From NCBI GenBank assembly GCA_951406725.2, contig OX597830.1:1178001-1242000 (forward strand): a stretch of DNA of 64,000 nt, read 5' to 3'. This stretch comes from Octopus vulgaris (taxonomy: Eukaryota). Positions 1 to 13,849 of this stretch are shown here, in pieces; the first letter of the stretch is position 1, and every line of letters begins with the position of its first letter. A program made the translations under genes and the position numbers. The notes beneath the pieces were generated by a model. The model searched no databases. It worked only from the letters and a program-made list of their open reading frames with translations, and was not told where the DNA came from.

Positions 1-92
1 GATCTCGGTGGGATTTGAACTCAGAACGTAGCGATCGGTGTAATACCATTAAGCATTTCCCATGGCGTGCTAACAATTCTGCCAATTCGCCG
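1..92 (-). mobile_element. 5' part of tRNA-derived SINE (family 2)
   Basis: Reverse complement of the family-2 head at 3333-3420 (GGCAGAA..GTTAGCACGC..GTTCTGAGTTCAAAT B-box). Confidence 0.75.
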
Positions 93-1070
93 CACTTCTT
101 TAGAAACTCATCAGCAAAGTACTGTTGCCCTTGCAGCGTGTTCTCGATGTGTTTCTCTAATTTCAGGCTGATTTGGATTGATGTGTTTTATCTATTGCAG
201 AAGAGAGAGAAAAAAGAAGCCGCTGCTGAGTCAATAGTTACCCATCTTCACCGAAAAACATGCAAATACTTCGAAGCATTCTTTTCAGGAATCGTCTTCT
301 AAAGACCGTCGTTAGAAATGAACAAACGCTAGAATTGTTACTTTGTCAAGAAAGCCTTTACATCTCAAAATTACTTTTTAAAAAAATTCCTATCACAAAA
401 GTGGCTTTTCGAATAAAAAGATGAGCATGGGTTCTTAACCAAACTCTATTAAGCTGATCAAGATGGTAGTTTCGACATCGCTCATACTTTTTCTTAAACA
501 TGTAAATAATTATTTAAAATGTTCCGCGATCAAACACAGAAAAGTTTTATCTCACGACTTCAGCAATAGTTAAAAAAATCTACGAACACAACATAACAAA
601 TACACATATACTGAAGCGAAAGAATAATACACGTTGTTTAAAGTAGAAGATCGCGTTGAAAACATTTCTATGCGCCATCTACTTGACACCTATGATCCAT
701 TAAGGAAACATATTTTCCAGCTCTAAATGTACGCTGAACAAAGCCTTCTATGTCTGAAATTTGCATATGACGATGTAAAGGGAACTCTTGCACTGTCCAT
801 GATACTGAGAAAAAAAGCAACTTCCAAATTCACTGAGTTTTATATAGATTTATATCTTGTCAAAAACCCTGAAATTAAGTAGCAACCCATTACGATTAGC
901 ATACCTGACATCAAAATAGAAACCAGCAGACCTTGCTATTATAAAACACGACAACCGGTAATGAGTGGAAAAGAAAAGAATTAGCAACACAGCCTATTTA
1001 TTGGAAGTCTGTCGGGGCTCATGTTGCGGCAGAAGTTGGGTTATTTATCGTGGACATTCTCCAGTTTATG

Positions 1071-1110
1071 TTTTCCAGTTTCAGCTCTTGAGCTGTGGCC
1101 ATGCTGGTGC
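1071..1110 (-). mobile_element. ~40-bp 3' terminus of LINE family A (or a SINE sharing its tail)
   Basis: Reverse complement reads CCAGCATGGCCACAGCTCAAGAGCTGAAACTGGAAAA, matching the LINE-A end at 49147-49184. Confidence 0.7.
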
Positions 1111-2134
1111 AGAAATACCAACACATACGTAGGTAAGTGAGTGACTTACCATATATGATAGCTATTTCATGTAATAGGAACGACGCAAGGGTTGAATTGA
1201 GAACTTCATACAAAATATAACCATTCGCCTAACTTCAGTAAACCTGATGGGCAATGGTGGATACAGCTTTACAGCTATTCCAACAGCTCCATAAATTATA
1301 ATTTAAATATAGTAGCCGAAATTAGTAGAGCCATCTCTAAAGTAACTCACAAAGCGATATCATTGACAGTGCTGGACTTCTTTGTAATATGGTATCAAAT
1401 AGCAATGTTTTGGTGGAGATGGCGGGGAGGACTTCCTCTCAACACTCATTCACAGATACTTGGGAAGAAACAGAAAAATTCCTTTAATATTTACTGGTGG
1501 CAACATATTTTTAATATAACCTGTAGCGCAATACATACTATATATGTGTATACATATATGCATACAGACTTACATACATACATTCATACTATGTCTTTTA
1601 GTGTCCACGTGATACTTTACATGTATCAGTTTCTGAAAAAATATATATTTTTTTGTTTTTACTCGCTGGAAATTTCATAACTTTATGAGTCAAGAAACAA
1701 TTCATAAACATTAAATAAAAGAACTTACTCTAAACAACAAATACAAAAACACCAAAATATAGCAATAACAAAAACAGTAAAACGACATCAACAACATGAA
1801 AAACCTGCGAGTAACATATTGAAATTTCTTGTATATTTAGGCTTGAAGTCAAAAATAAAAGTAATAAATTTGAGTAGTATCTACTGACTGGCGCAAACCT
1901 GGAGAGAAAACGTTTACAGAAAATGATGAAGGCTTTTTTAGGTGGATGATTGTATAACAAAGAATTTATAGCAAAAGAAAATCCATTATTTAATGGAAGC
2001 CGAGGCGAGTGGATTACTGAATTTGGTAATATATATACCAAAATATCTCGCAGTATTCAGTTGGCGTCTCTTGCGTTTACTAAGTTCTAATCCATCCGTG
2101 ATTTAGTTCAAGTGTCATTAATCCGCTGTTGTTA

Positions 2135-2265
2135 GGGGGCGGCTATTAAAGTTGCAGAAACGTTTGTATGACTGAAAATACTTTGTGTATTTGTTCCCAC
2201 TCGCTTTGTTCTGAGTTCAAATCCCGCTGAGCTGAAACTTTTTGTGTTTACGGGAACAATAAAAA
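2135..2265 (+). mobile_element. Degenerate SINE family 2 fragment
   Basis: GCAGAAACGTT...GTTCTGAGTTCAAATCCCGCTGAG, similar to the head at 3333. Confidence 0.5.
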
Positions 2266-2823
2266 CAAATCAATTTCTGGGATGGATGATATTGGCGATC
2301 GTCCGCCTCTAATGTATATTCTGGGTTCCATATATTAAAGTAACAATGTAGTTTTCTGTCTATATATTCATCTATAGCGCCCTTCATCAACGGTGAAATA
2401 AAGTATCAATGAAATTCGTGTGTTCGATATACACCTCGCCTACATCTCAAACCATGAGTCTCTGCTACAACTAAATATATAACAGAAATGAGAATGTTGT
2501 TTAAACACACCGGCCAAATACGATGTTGTTTAATTTTACTGATATTAAGGCCACTTGATTAACAATAGAACGGCCGGCAAATCTTACAATTTAATTGTTT
2601 TCGACATATATTTATAAAGGTATATTTATGTAGAAAGTAACTTAATTTGAGTTCGTCAGATGAAACTGAGACGAGTTCCTCCTAGAAGAGACATCATAAC
2701 CATTTAAAACCTATAAACACACACACCCACGCACACCCACGTACGCATACACACACGCACACACACACACGCACACAGATATACAATTATAGTGGAAATT
2801 ATTTTAAATGTTGCTGTATTGTT

Positions 2824-2984
2824 GCGCAGGAGTGGCTGTGTGGTAAGTAGCTTGCTAACCAACCACATGGTTCTGGGTTCAGTCCCACTGCGTGGCATCT
2901 TGGGCAAGTGTCTTCTGCTATAGCTCCGGGCCGACCAATGCCTTGTGAGTGGATTTGGTAGACGGAAACTGAAAGAAGTTTGTC

Positions 2985-3042
<58 letters not shown>

Positions 3043-3259
3043 ATGTATGTGTGTGTGTTTGTGTGTTTGTCCCCCTAGCATTGCTTGACAACCGATGCTG
3101 GTGTGTTTACGTCCCCGTCACTTAGCGGTTCGGCAATAGATTATTCTAATAAGTACTGGGCTTACAAAGAATAAGTCCCGGGGTCGATTTGCTCGACTAA
3201 AGGCGGTGCTCCAGCATGGCCACAGTCAAATGACTGAAACAAGTAAAAGAGTAAAAGAA
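2824..3259 (+). mobile_element. tRNA-derived SINE (family 1) with internal (TA)n(TG)n and LINE-B-derived tail
   Basis: A-box-like TGGCTGTGTGG, B-box-like GGTTCAGTCCC; 3' end GGCGGTGCTCCAGCATGGCC...TGAAACAAGTAAAAGAGTAAAAGA; second copy at 22093-22445. Confidence 0.85.
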
Positions 3260-3332
3260 TATTATCTACAATAAAGTGACAAAACTATATCCGCCAACAT
3301 CAGCTCTCTCGACATTATTCTAATGTATCAGA

Positions 3333-3537
3333 AGGCGGTGAGTTGGCAGAAACGTTAGCACGCTGGACGAAATGCTTTCGTCTGTCTCTACGTTCTGAGT
3401 TCAAATTTCGCCGAGGTCTACTTTGCTTTTCATCCTTTCGAGGTCGATGAAATAAGTACCAGTTACGCACTGGAGCTGATATAATCGACTAGTCCCACTC
3501 CTCAAATATTTTAAAGGCCTTGTACCTAGAGTAGAAA
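3333..3537 (+). mobile_element. tRNA-derived SINE (family 2), near full length
   Basis: Pol III boxes (TGGCAGAAACG, GAGTTCAAAT); central TTTCATCCTTTCGAGGTCGATGAAATAAGTACCAG block (resembles a conserved SINE superfamily core, from memory); many copies in the window. Confidence 0.8.
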
Positions 3538-4139
3538 TAATTATTCCGGTGTATCAGAGTATTGTCAGGTCATACCATGGTATATGATCAAACGTGTTAC
3601 ACATGGTATACTGACGGGTTTTGTCATACATTGATAGAAATATAATCCATCTACATGTCCATGGGTTAGAATCTCGGGTTAGCCATGTCATTCTATTTCG
3701 GTTTACATATACAGATAAATTCGATCTATTTCATAATTTATTGAATAGCAAATATTTGAGGAGGGTATGTGAAGAGGCGGAGGGATAAAAATTAGAGAGC
3801 AACTATATTGACTATATAGTCGGAGATACGAGTGTTGTGGTCAATGTGGAGAGTAATAATTATGTGTCTCTTAAGATATTGTGTAATGTTACACAAAATA
3901 GGAGGGACTCATTGAAAACTGTCACACTCCGTCACACTGAAAAGCTCGTAATAATTGAAGAGCTTCATTACAGATTTCGATTATTGTGCCTGGACCACAG
4001 TAGAAGAGTAAAAACGATTAGAAACGAACATGTTGGAGTTAGGTATCTGTCAAAGCATCCAGAAAAGTAAGTATTGAAAAGAAGTTGAAGATTAAATTGC
4101 AGTCCAGGGATTGGTAACATTGCCAGTTAATATTATGTT

Positions 4140-4910
4140 TTCAAATTTTGACACACAACCAGCAATTTGGTGGGAGAGAGTAAGCAGATTACATCGACAT
4201 CAGCGCTCTACTAGTACTTAATTTATCGACCCCGAAAGGGTGAGAGGCAAAATCGACTTCGGTGGAATTTGAACTCAAAGCGTAAAGAGAGATGAAATGA
4301 CAAAGAGTTTCGCCCGGCGTCGGAACGATTCTGCAAGCTTGCTGCCTTAATATTTCGTAATATTGGTTTCAAATTTTGGCAGAAAGCCAGCAAAGTCTTC
4401 GGAAAGAATAAGCTGGTTGCATCAACATCATTCCCAATTGGTACTTACTTTATCGACCAGTAAAGGAAGAAAGGAAAAGTCGACTTATTACATAATATTG
4501 ATTTTAATTTTGGCACAAGGCCAGCAGTGGGGAGAACAGAGTAAGTCGATTACACAGATTTAATGTTGAACTTTTACTTATTTTATCGATCCCAAAAGGA
4601 TGGAAGGTAAAGTCGATCTCAGTGGAATTTGAACTCAGAATGTCAAGTCAGACGAAATGCCGCTAAGCTTTTTGCCTTGCGTGCTAACGACTCCCGCCTT
4701 TACTTACTACATATTGTTTTTAAAATCTGGCACAAGGCCAATAAGCTCAGGGGTTGGAGTAAGTCGATTACACCAACCCCAGTGTTCAACTGGTACTTAT
4801 TTTATCGACCACGAAACGATGGAATGTATAGTTAACCACCGCGGAATTGAAAACGGACGAAATGCAGTTAAGTGTTTTGTACGGCTTGCTAACGATTCTA
4901 CTAGCTTCCT
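4140..4910 (-). mobile_element. Tandem run of about four SINE family 2 copies
   Basis: Repeated TTTTGGCACAAGGCCAGCA...GTACTTATTTTATCGAC...GGAATTTGAACTCAG blocks starting near 4140, 4365, 4505 and 4720. Confidence 0.75.
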
Positions 4911-6029
4911 GTCCTTACTCATTGCATAATATTGAAATATTTTTACCTTAAATAATATTTGTACCTTAAATAAGAAATGCACAGATTTGTGGGTATTTAC
5001 TAAGATGTTTGACTTAAAGAGTAAGTAGCATATTCTTATTAAAACATGGTTTGTCTAATGCAAATTACGATTTTAGCCATAAAAAGAGCCTGCAGAAAAG
5101 TCGGTGCCATCTTGCCAAATTTAGCAAACAGTTGGAGAGTATGGATTTGCCTGAACATAAGTGCTAGCCATTATTCATGACTTATTCGTGATTTTAAAGA
5201 AGATATCATTTATTTGGATGGAAAAACGGTGATCGATAGTTACATGATCACTTCATTGTATTGAAACCAATTTATCATGTATCCTGATATATCGCTATTG
5301 ATTGCAATGGGCTGCACACACTAGCAGAGGTCTCTCTTGTACATATCGCCTGTAAGATATATTCCATCAACTATCATTTTCATCTACAATTGTTTGCAGA
5401 CATTCACGAAAACGTACATAAACACACACAAACTCACACAAACGGGCCACTTGTGCATACACCACATAGACACGCGCTCATATTCATCATAAGACAATGC
5501 ACACACCCGTACACACAGGTTCACACAAATGTATATCTCCTGACACGTGCACCAATATACAGACACATTCACACAGAAATACACGTTCACATGCAGCAAA
5601 ACCTATAAACATGCACATGCAAACGCTCCTAACATGTTATACAACATCACACACCCATTCACAGTCGTACATACACAGAGATAAAGAAACATAGTTGCGC
5701 ATACATTTACACGTAAAGATCGATCACCGACGTTGCAAGGACTACACCGTAAAGGTTAGCCAATCTCTTTAGAGTAAGTAAACTCGTTATTATATTCGCC
5801 ACCATTCACTGAATCACGTCAAATTACTACTCCCACATCGAGGATGGTGCCACTCTTACACATGCAAACATCTTGAGCGACATCCAGAGGAAAATAATAA
5901 TAAAAATAATTAAACATTTTTCAATCAACTGACCCACTGTCTAGTCTCCATTTCTTTCACCATTTAAATAGCTTCCGCTACTTAGAGATGACTGTTGGCA
6001 CAAGGCTTAGTAATTTTCGAGGAACACTC

Positions 6030-7725
6030 CATTTAATACCCCATACTGTCAAATACTACGAGTTCACCAAAAATTTTCTCCGGAAGACATTGAATCTGGG
6101 GTACGAACTAAAGGGAAAATACCAAGTAGTCAAACCACCTCCCCTTCATGGATGATTTGAAACTGTTCGACAAGGATGTGACAAGTGAGTCTCTTGGTGA
6201 ACACGGCCCACTATTTTAGTATTGATATTTGAATGGAATTTAGATTCAAGAAATGCAGAGTATTCTACCTAAAAAGAAGCAAGGAACAGTCCCTAGCAGG
6301 GATAAAATTACCGAACAGAGACCTCATTAAACAAATTGAAAGGGAAGGATACAAATGCCATGGTGTACTAGAGTTCAACGAGATAATGGAGAAGGAAATA
6401 AAAAGGCAACTGAGGATGGAGTATTTCCGAACACTGGGGTTAATTTTGCACTAAAAATTTACAGGAGGGAATAAAATCCAAGCAGTTAATACGTGGGCGA
6501 TATCAAGACTTCAGTACGGAGAGGGAATTATAATATGGCAAAAGTGAGAAGAGAAGAAAATGAATACCAAGACCTGAAAAAATGTCGACAGTACACGAAG
6601 CCTTCCACCTAAGAGTAATACTGATAGGCTGTACTTGTCCAGAAGAAAGATTGGGCGAGGTTTCATCAGTTGTCAGGACTCTATCGAAGCAGAGGAAAAC
6701 AGCCTGGAGTGGTATATGGAAAATGCTGTGGAGCCACGGTTGAAACACACGAAGAAGGCTGGTGTCATCAAAACTGAAGGGAGTGCAAGGAGAGAAAAAA
6801 TTTAACAAGAAATGAACAAAAGAAAAAAAGAAAAGAAACAGCATGGAAGGAAAAGGAAATGTGCGGTCAGTTTGCATGAGATGTGAACACCAAGACAGAT
6901 ACAGAGGTCAGGCGGTTGTGGATGAGGGGGAGTGACCAGAGGATGGAGACAGAAATACTCATATGCGCAGTTCAGGAACAAGCGTGAAGGACCAACTATA
7001 TGAAGTGCAGAATAAACAACACTACGGATAACGACAAAGGTAGAATGTGTGATGAGAGAGGTGAAACGGTAACACAACATCGTTAGCGAATGTTCGAAAT
7101 TAGCACAATGCGAACAAAAAAGACACCATAACAATGTGGTAAGAATGATCAATTAGGAACTCAGTGTAAATCGCGGCTTATTAACATCAACGACGTGGTA
7201 TGAGAAAACTCCTGGAGTCACGGAAAAGGAGAATTGCAAAATCCGGTAGGATGTAATGATTCATTGCAATCACTGTCCAGACATAGGGAACCGGACATTG
7301 TTGTAGTGAATAAAAAAAGAAAGGACATGTATGATAGTCGACATAACATGCCCTGGTGACAACAAGTTCAATGTGAATGAAGAAAAGATAAACAACTATG
7401 ACAATTTGAAGTCGGAGATACGATTATTGTGGTCAATGTGGAGAGTAGACGCGACACCAATATTAATTGGTGCACTTGTAAGTATCAGCACTCAACTTCC
7501 AACACGACTGAAGAAAGGTCGGTACAAGTGTGAAGGTAGAACACCTACAAAAATCAGCCTTGCTTGGAACTGCAAGAATAATTCATCGCAGGATTCTTCA
7601 AGCATGTCCAGTAAAGAAGCGTCACCTTAGTTAGCTGGCTGTGGACAGTTGACACTTTCCCTCATACCCAGTAAAATAAGTTGAGAGGTTTTATAACAAT
7701 AATCATAATAATAATAGTAATAGTA
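6030..7725 (+). mobile_element. Decayed non-LTR retrotransposon, R4/Dong-like (RT C-terminal half, CCHC finger, restriction-like endonuclease)
   Basis: Across frameshifts: FMDDLKLF (RT active site), MEFRFKKC, NTWA, RLYLSRRKIGRG, HIVSEC..LAQ..KRHN, PDIVVV, IVDITCPGD, LKSEIRLLW; ends in a TAA-rich tail. Confidence 0.8.
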
Positions 7726-7732
7726 AAAACAA

Positions 7733-8450
7733 ATGAAAGCAGAGACTGAGAACACTATAATGGCAGCGCAAGATCAAGCTTTGGTCACGAATTGGAGGGT
7801 CAACCTTTGGAATGAGCAAGTGTTTCTGGTTTGCCGCATCTGTAATAGATTGGACGAAACCAATGCTAATATCGGGAATGCCCTAGTCTCCCCCACCCAA
7901 AAAAAACACGACCAAGTGTGGCGACATGGTAAGGTGCTACATTGGAAACTGTGCAAAGAAGATGTCGCATGAGCACAAAACGAAGAGTGACTGAGTTGGA
8001 GGGTTGCAAAATCCCCAGAAAACCTCGCAATGCAAACAGATCAAGTGCCAGAGCATAACAGACCGGACTTAGTTGTGTTCAACAAGTTGCATCACATCTG
8101 CTATATAGTTGATGTTCCGTGTCCATTTGGCCCCCGAATATTTAAAAAGGCGAAAATTGATATATAGAAACCCCTTAAGTACGAAATAGCCCGGCTATGG
8201 TAAATAAAGGAGGTGAAGATAGTGCCTATTATTGTTGTTTCCTTGAGGAATGTATCAGGAGGCATCGAGTGAAATGTAAAGGAAATCGAAATAGTGTGCT
8301 CAGTAGAATTGCTGCAAAGGTTTTGCCTCATTGGCACGACCAGAATAACCAGGAAAGTATTAGAGAGCTGAAAAGAACAACATGGTACCATAGGCTGCAG
8401 GGAACAAGCTTGCTACGCATGCCAGACTTCAGGAGTTACAACAAAACCTG
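7733..8450 (+). mobile_element. Second, divergent R4/Dong-like 3' fragment
   Basis: ETENTIMAAQDQAL, CRIC, KHDQV, PDLVV, VDVPCPF, PLKYEIARLW, VPIIV motifs with stops and frameshifts. Confidence 0.75.
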
Positions 8451-8454
8451 AGAT

Positions 8455-8592
8455 GATGAGAAGAAAAAGAAAAAAAGAAAAAAAAGAAAAAGAACAAAAA
8501 GAACAAAAAGAAAAAGAAAGAAAAAGAAGAAGAAGAAGAAGAAGAAGAAGAAGAAGAAGAAGAAGAAGAAGAAGAAGAAGAAGAAGAAGAAG
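8455..8592 (+). repeat. A/G-rich run ending in (GAA)n
   Basis: Direct inspection. Confidence 0.95.
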
Positions 8593-8604
8593 GCAGATTG
8601 GCTT

Positions 8605-8740
8605 TTGTTTTTGGCACAGGTCCAGACATTTTGAGGATAAGGGAAAAGTCGATGTCTTTGACCCGAGTACTTGAGCGGGGAATTTGAACTCAGAACGTAG
8701 ACGGAACAAACAGCGTAAAGTATCGTGTGCTACGCTTTAA
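8605..8740 (-). mobile_element. SINE family 2 fragment (internally deleted)
   Basis: TTTTGGCACAGG...AAGTCGAT...GGAATTTGAACTCAGAACGTA. Confidence 0.65.
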
Positions 8741-9643
8741 CACTTGCTGTTATAATTTGAATTCATATAATTTTTTTTTCAATATATATTCATGAATCAG
8801 AAGCAATAACTGCCTGACAGACAATAATTTCAGTGAAGAACATCCACCAGACAACATCTAGTTGACTACTTTTTGAAAATGTTTGTTTTAATGAGCCATA
8901 GACCTATATTTGAACAAACAGAACACCAAACAACACACTTCAGTATCATCATCAACATCATCGTCGTCGTCGTAGTCGTTATGGACTCCATCTTCATTAT
9001 TACTCTCATTGAATATTTCAACAGTCCGCCATCGTTCTTTGTCTCATTTTCGTTCTGCATGCTTTTCATACAAACATCGTATTAATTTATTCCTTGCCAG
9101 AGTACTTCATTTAGAAGTTTTGTTAGAATTCACAATAGGTGTTGTCATGATTTCGAAAACATATATTTAGACATTTTATTTTCTTCTTTCTAAGAAGACA
9201 TATTCTCTCTTAAATTAAGACATTGTTATGTTTTCAAAGATTTAAAAAAATAAAAGAATAGCAGAATTTATGTTTAAATATATTTTGATTTTTTTTCTCA
9301 CTTTAACAATAAAAGTATAAGTGTAAATTTATTCTAATTATGTATGGCTCTTGTTTTTTCTCTGGAAATTTAAAAATATCCATAAGAACTTTGTCGATAC
9401 TGTTAAAAATTATTACACACAATATTTGACTGAAAGTAGTTATCTATTTCCAATAAAATATCAAAAGAAGAAATAAGACATTTCTCTAAGGAAGAGGAAA
9501 AAAAAAGATTCTATATAACAAAAATCAAACAAAACAGATTGCGATTTTTGCAATGGTGAATTCCATAACGCTCATAAAAACAAAGATTTACACTCACCCA
9601 CACACGCATACATAGTTATATATAAAATATATATGTTCTATAA

Positions 9644-9890
9644 ACATACATACATACATACATACATACATACATACATACATACATACATACATGCATA
9701 CATACATACATACATACATGCATACATACATGAATACATACATGCATACATACATACATGCATATATATATACATGGGTATATACATTTTTATATATGTA
9801 TATATATTTATATACATAGGTATATAAATTTTATATATATATATATACATACATAGGTATATAAATTTCATATATATATATATATATAGC
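9644..9890. repeat. (TACA)n / (TA)n microsatellite
   Basis: Direct inspection. Confidence 0.95.
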
Positions 9891-11019
9891 GTTTATTATA
9901 TGTAAGTAAATATATTTTATATAAAACTCCCAATTTAATCATATTACATCATGTCTGTGAATATTTGAAAACATCATATTCTTACGACAAATTTGGAAAT
10001 AAATCAATTGTGTTTATTGTTTATCAGATTAACGAAGATTGATTATTGATTTTGAAGATATGTTATATGGTGGATATATCATTGCTTTTATTATTCACCA
10101 CAGACATTCCGGCAAAATTACTTTAAGAAGATAGTTTTCTTTCCAATATTGCAATTTATGGAGAATTGTTAAATCAAAACCTACCAACGATTATTCAAAT
10201 ATATCAAAAAACTTCGAAATGTATTTTATTTCGTTGTTACAATTTCTCTTTAGAGCCTTTTGTAGAATTGATAATTTTCCTTGTATTTGAATTATAGGTA
10301 GGCTGTTATGCTCCTGGACAGTTGTTAGAAATAAGTCAGAGATTCTGAGGAAGAAATTAACTGAGGTATTTATAGGCGATACGTGACTGTTATTTTATGG
10401 AATCACTCTGCCTTTCGCCTCGTTATGGAGTAATACACCATCTTGTCTTCTGTATATCGATCTTACTACCGATGTACCTATCTATCTATTCATGTATGGA
10501 TATATATATATATATATATATATGTCTATACGCACACATAGATATAGCTATATTAGATCCACTCATTAAAATAATGCAACCAACTACAATCATTAAATTG
10601 TAACTGGTTTGGAATCATCACGCTGCTTGTATTTTAGTTCAACTGTTAGTTGAAAATAAATAAATGTATACTGTGCAACACAATACAGTGCTTTTATTAT
10701 TCACTGAACTGTGAAATATGTGCTTTATACAAAATGAGGACGGAGAAGCTATACTTTTATCAATTATGTGTACATATTAGCCTAAATGTTAAAAGTCCAA
10801 AAAGTAACATTGTTGTTGGGATTTTTTTCTTATTAGTACATGAATGAAATGCCACACTAAGTGAATAAGTTACAATACTGCATGAAAGGCATGTATAAGA
10901 GGTAAACGTATGCACAAGACCAAACACATCTAGTTATATGCATTGTTGCATGAGGTAGTAATTATTTAAAATAGAACAGGTTCAATAATCATTAAGCATT
11001 AAGTATTTATCGAAACTTT

Positions 11020-12960
11020 GTCATAAATGTAAACGTTATTTTGTTATTTTCTTGAAGGAACATTTAAGCTAATCTAACGTATTATTGTCAGCAGGGTTTT
11101 CTCCCCCATCCCATATAATAGTATCAGTAAAGTTGTGATTCGGATATAGCAAATGTGGGATTAGAAAAGTTGGTTCATCTTTTAAATGATTATCAGGTCC
11201 ATCTTGTTCCCTTCTAATTTCAGTGAACGATTTGTGACCATTTGTTACAAGAACGAATAATAAACTTTTATCTGTCAACATTTGAAGAATTAAGGTTTGT
11301 GCTGATCCTTCCTGAAATCGCTTGTATACTTCCTCAGTTGTTACAATAAGAAAAACTTGCATCTAACATTTGTCTCATTATGCTGTCGTAATATATAACA
11401 CCAAGTCAATCACTTGATACAGAAATTAATGAAAGCGATTCTAATCCTAAGATTTTAGTTTCCAAACAGCATAATTTTTAGCTTTCTAATATAACCAAGA
11501 ATTTTTATAATGTTCTTTTTTACATTCTACTGTAAAGAAAGAGAAACGAGACTGAAACTGGAATACAGAATACAGAGAAACAACTCTGACAAGGGATTTG
11601 TATCACCTTTAATTCACTTATTGAGACATTAGTTATTTAATTAAAGTTCTCACATTGCTATTTTGTCTATTATTAACACTGTATTTGTGTTGATATTGTA
11701 AGTATACATTTGTAAGTTAGATAATACATAGCACTGCTAAATATTTATCCGACATTTTAAAACTGTGTTATAATAGAATGTCTTACGTATTTGAATCTCA
11801 GTTAGTGTGGTCAACACGAGGTCATCACTAACATTGTGTATTACCATTTTGTTTGTGGGTAACAACTGTTATTTCATATTTGCTGACCCCTAGAAAGTAT
11901 GAAAAATGGCTAATATTTCCTTCAATCTTTGCTTTTGTTACATTTATTCAAACCAAGAAGAATCCCTCTCAACACATGGCTATAATGATCCTCCACTACT
12001 CCTGCTCATGACAACAGATGTACAAATAGCTAACCACTAAGGGACATGCTTAACCTGTTAAGGTCAAGTAAATCTATGGTATCGAGTAGAATATTTGTTA
12101 TAATGATATTTCTGCTTCAGCAACTCGGCGCTGAATCTGAAATGTAATGGAAAGTAGGTCAGCTTCAAAACATTGATGTCTAGGTTACAAAAGCAAAGTC
12201 TTTAAGGGAGTAGTAATCATTCCCTTTGATTTCGTGAGAGAAGCAAATAGAAAATGACACTCACTGACCAAAGGCAAATAAAATTTCCTACACAGTGACA
12301 ACCATCGCCTAAATGGTAAAACAGCTGACGGACTGATATTTCGGTTCAATAGCATTAGACTTACTGTTTGAGCAATACTGTTGTATTTATACCAAGTACG
12401 TGGTTACATGGTTGTTGAAATCAACGCAACCTTGAAAGAAGATAACATTTTATAGAGTTAAATTGCAGTTGGGTAAATCAATTTGGAAGTTTTAATGTCT
12501 AAACAAAAACTGTAATACCACTTGTGCACATATAAATACTTATTCTGAATCTTGGTCGGAATAACGACTGGTTGAGTATTAATTTCCATTTGCTTGTTTT
12601 ATGGTTTTTGAAGCAACAATGACACCCAGAACTGTGAACGTGTCACCTTCTGCTAAATTTCAGGTTATAATTACAACTGCAGATACATAAATTTAGCAAT
12701 TAATGTCTAACATATATTCTGCTCTAGTTGTACTCGATATCTACAGTGGTACATTGGTGTTACAATTTGCTATGAAGTCATTTTCCTTATTACTTACTTA
12801 TCTAGTTTCTTTAATTTCAAATGCATTAAATTCGTATGCAATGTATACATAATAAGAATCAACAGAACTAACTTAACCATTGATATTAAGAAACAGTTCC
12901 GTTTCTACAGTCTGTTTCTACCATGTGAGTTCTTATTAGAATTCACCAGCATTGTCCTGC
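11020..12960 (-). pseudogene. Heavily decayed cadherin-repeat (protocadherin/cadherin-like) sequence
   Basis: Minus-strand fragments resembling cadherin EC motifs in repeating order: DNAGEF, EGDTFTVLGVIVAS..ANGN, TSGITV, VDFNNH, GMITT, KYEITVVT, WDGGENP..TL, LQENN; many stops and frameshifts. Confidence 0.4.
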
Positions 12961-13849
12961 AATAAAAATTCCCGAAATAGAAGCAGATATGGGAGTAAAA
13001 TCTTAACTTGAATAAAGTAGACTATATTGTATGATGTAGTTCAACATATGTCTGAAATATAAGACAGGACGGTCACAGATGGAACTTTGTGCTTATTTCC
13101 TGTTGATTATTTAAGGCGGAATTGTTTGGACTGCAGATCGTTCAGGAATCTGCCATCTATTTGTTTCCGTTCTCTGTTCTCTGATTTCTAATTCTACCGA
13201 GATCTACTTTCTCATTCATCGAAAATATAACACGAGTAACATACTGCGTCGATCCTTCTTTCTCTGTTACAATCATTTACATAGCATAGTCAATCATAGA
13301 GGACCATTCTCAATATTTCTCACTCCATATATGGAAAAAGTTTTAGTTAGTGGCTAACCAGCTCTTGTAGAGAATAGAAAAAAATTATCTTAAGGATGGT
13401 TTCTAAGGAAGTTCCAAAACCAACACCTGTATATATGTAGAAGAGTTGGTTTTAGGGCTGAATATGCTTCCAGAAGTTTTAAACTAATTGTACATCATTT
13501 TTACATATTTAAAATACCTCAACGCTTTCAAATTATTTGTTTTTCAATAGTAAATAAAACAAGTTTAAAAGAAATTGAATATACAAGAAAATAACCGAGA
13601 AACAAATTCTGTCACCAGGAAGTCAACAAAATTCTGGATTACTGCCAAACCAAAATTTGAGACCAAAACATCTGAAAACCAAACTGTCCGGGAAGTCAGC
13701 TAACCAGTGTACAAGTCCACAGGTGGACGAAAGCAAACGATGCCATTGAATTTCTCATCAATTTGGACTTGAACCCGTTATATCCTTAAAATGTTGGATT
13801 ATTATAACGCCCAATTCGGTATACAATATACTTAGTAAAACCAGTAAAC

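Noticed and set aside
8413-8709. Poly-Arg/Leu/Ser ORFs (protamine-like)
   Set aside because: (GAA)n microsatellite.
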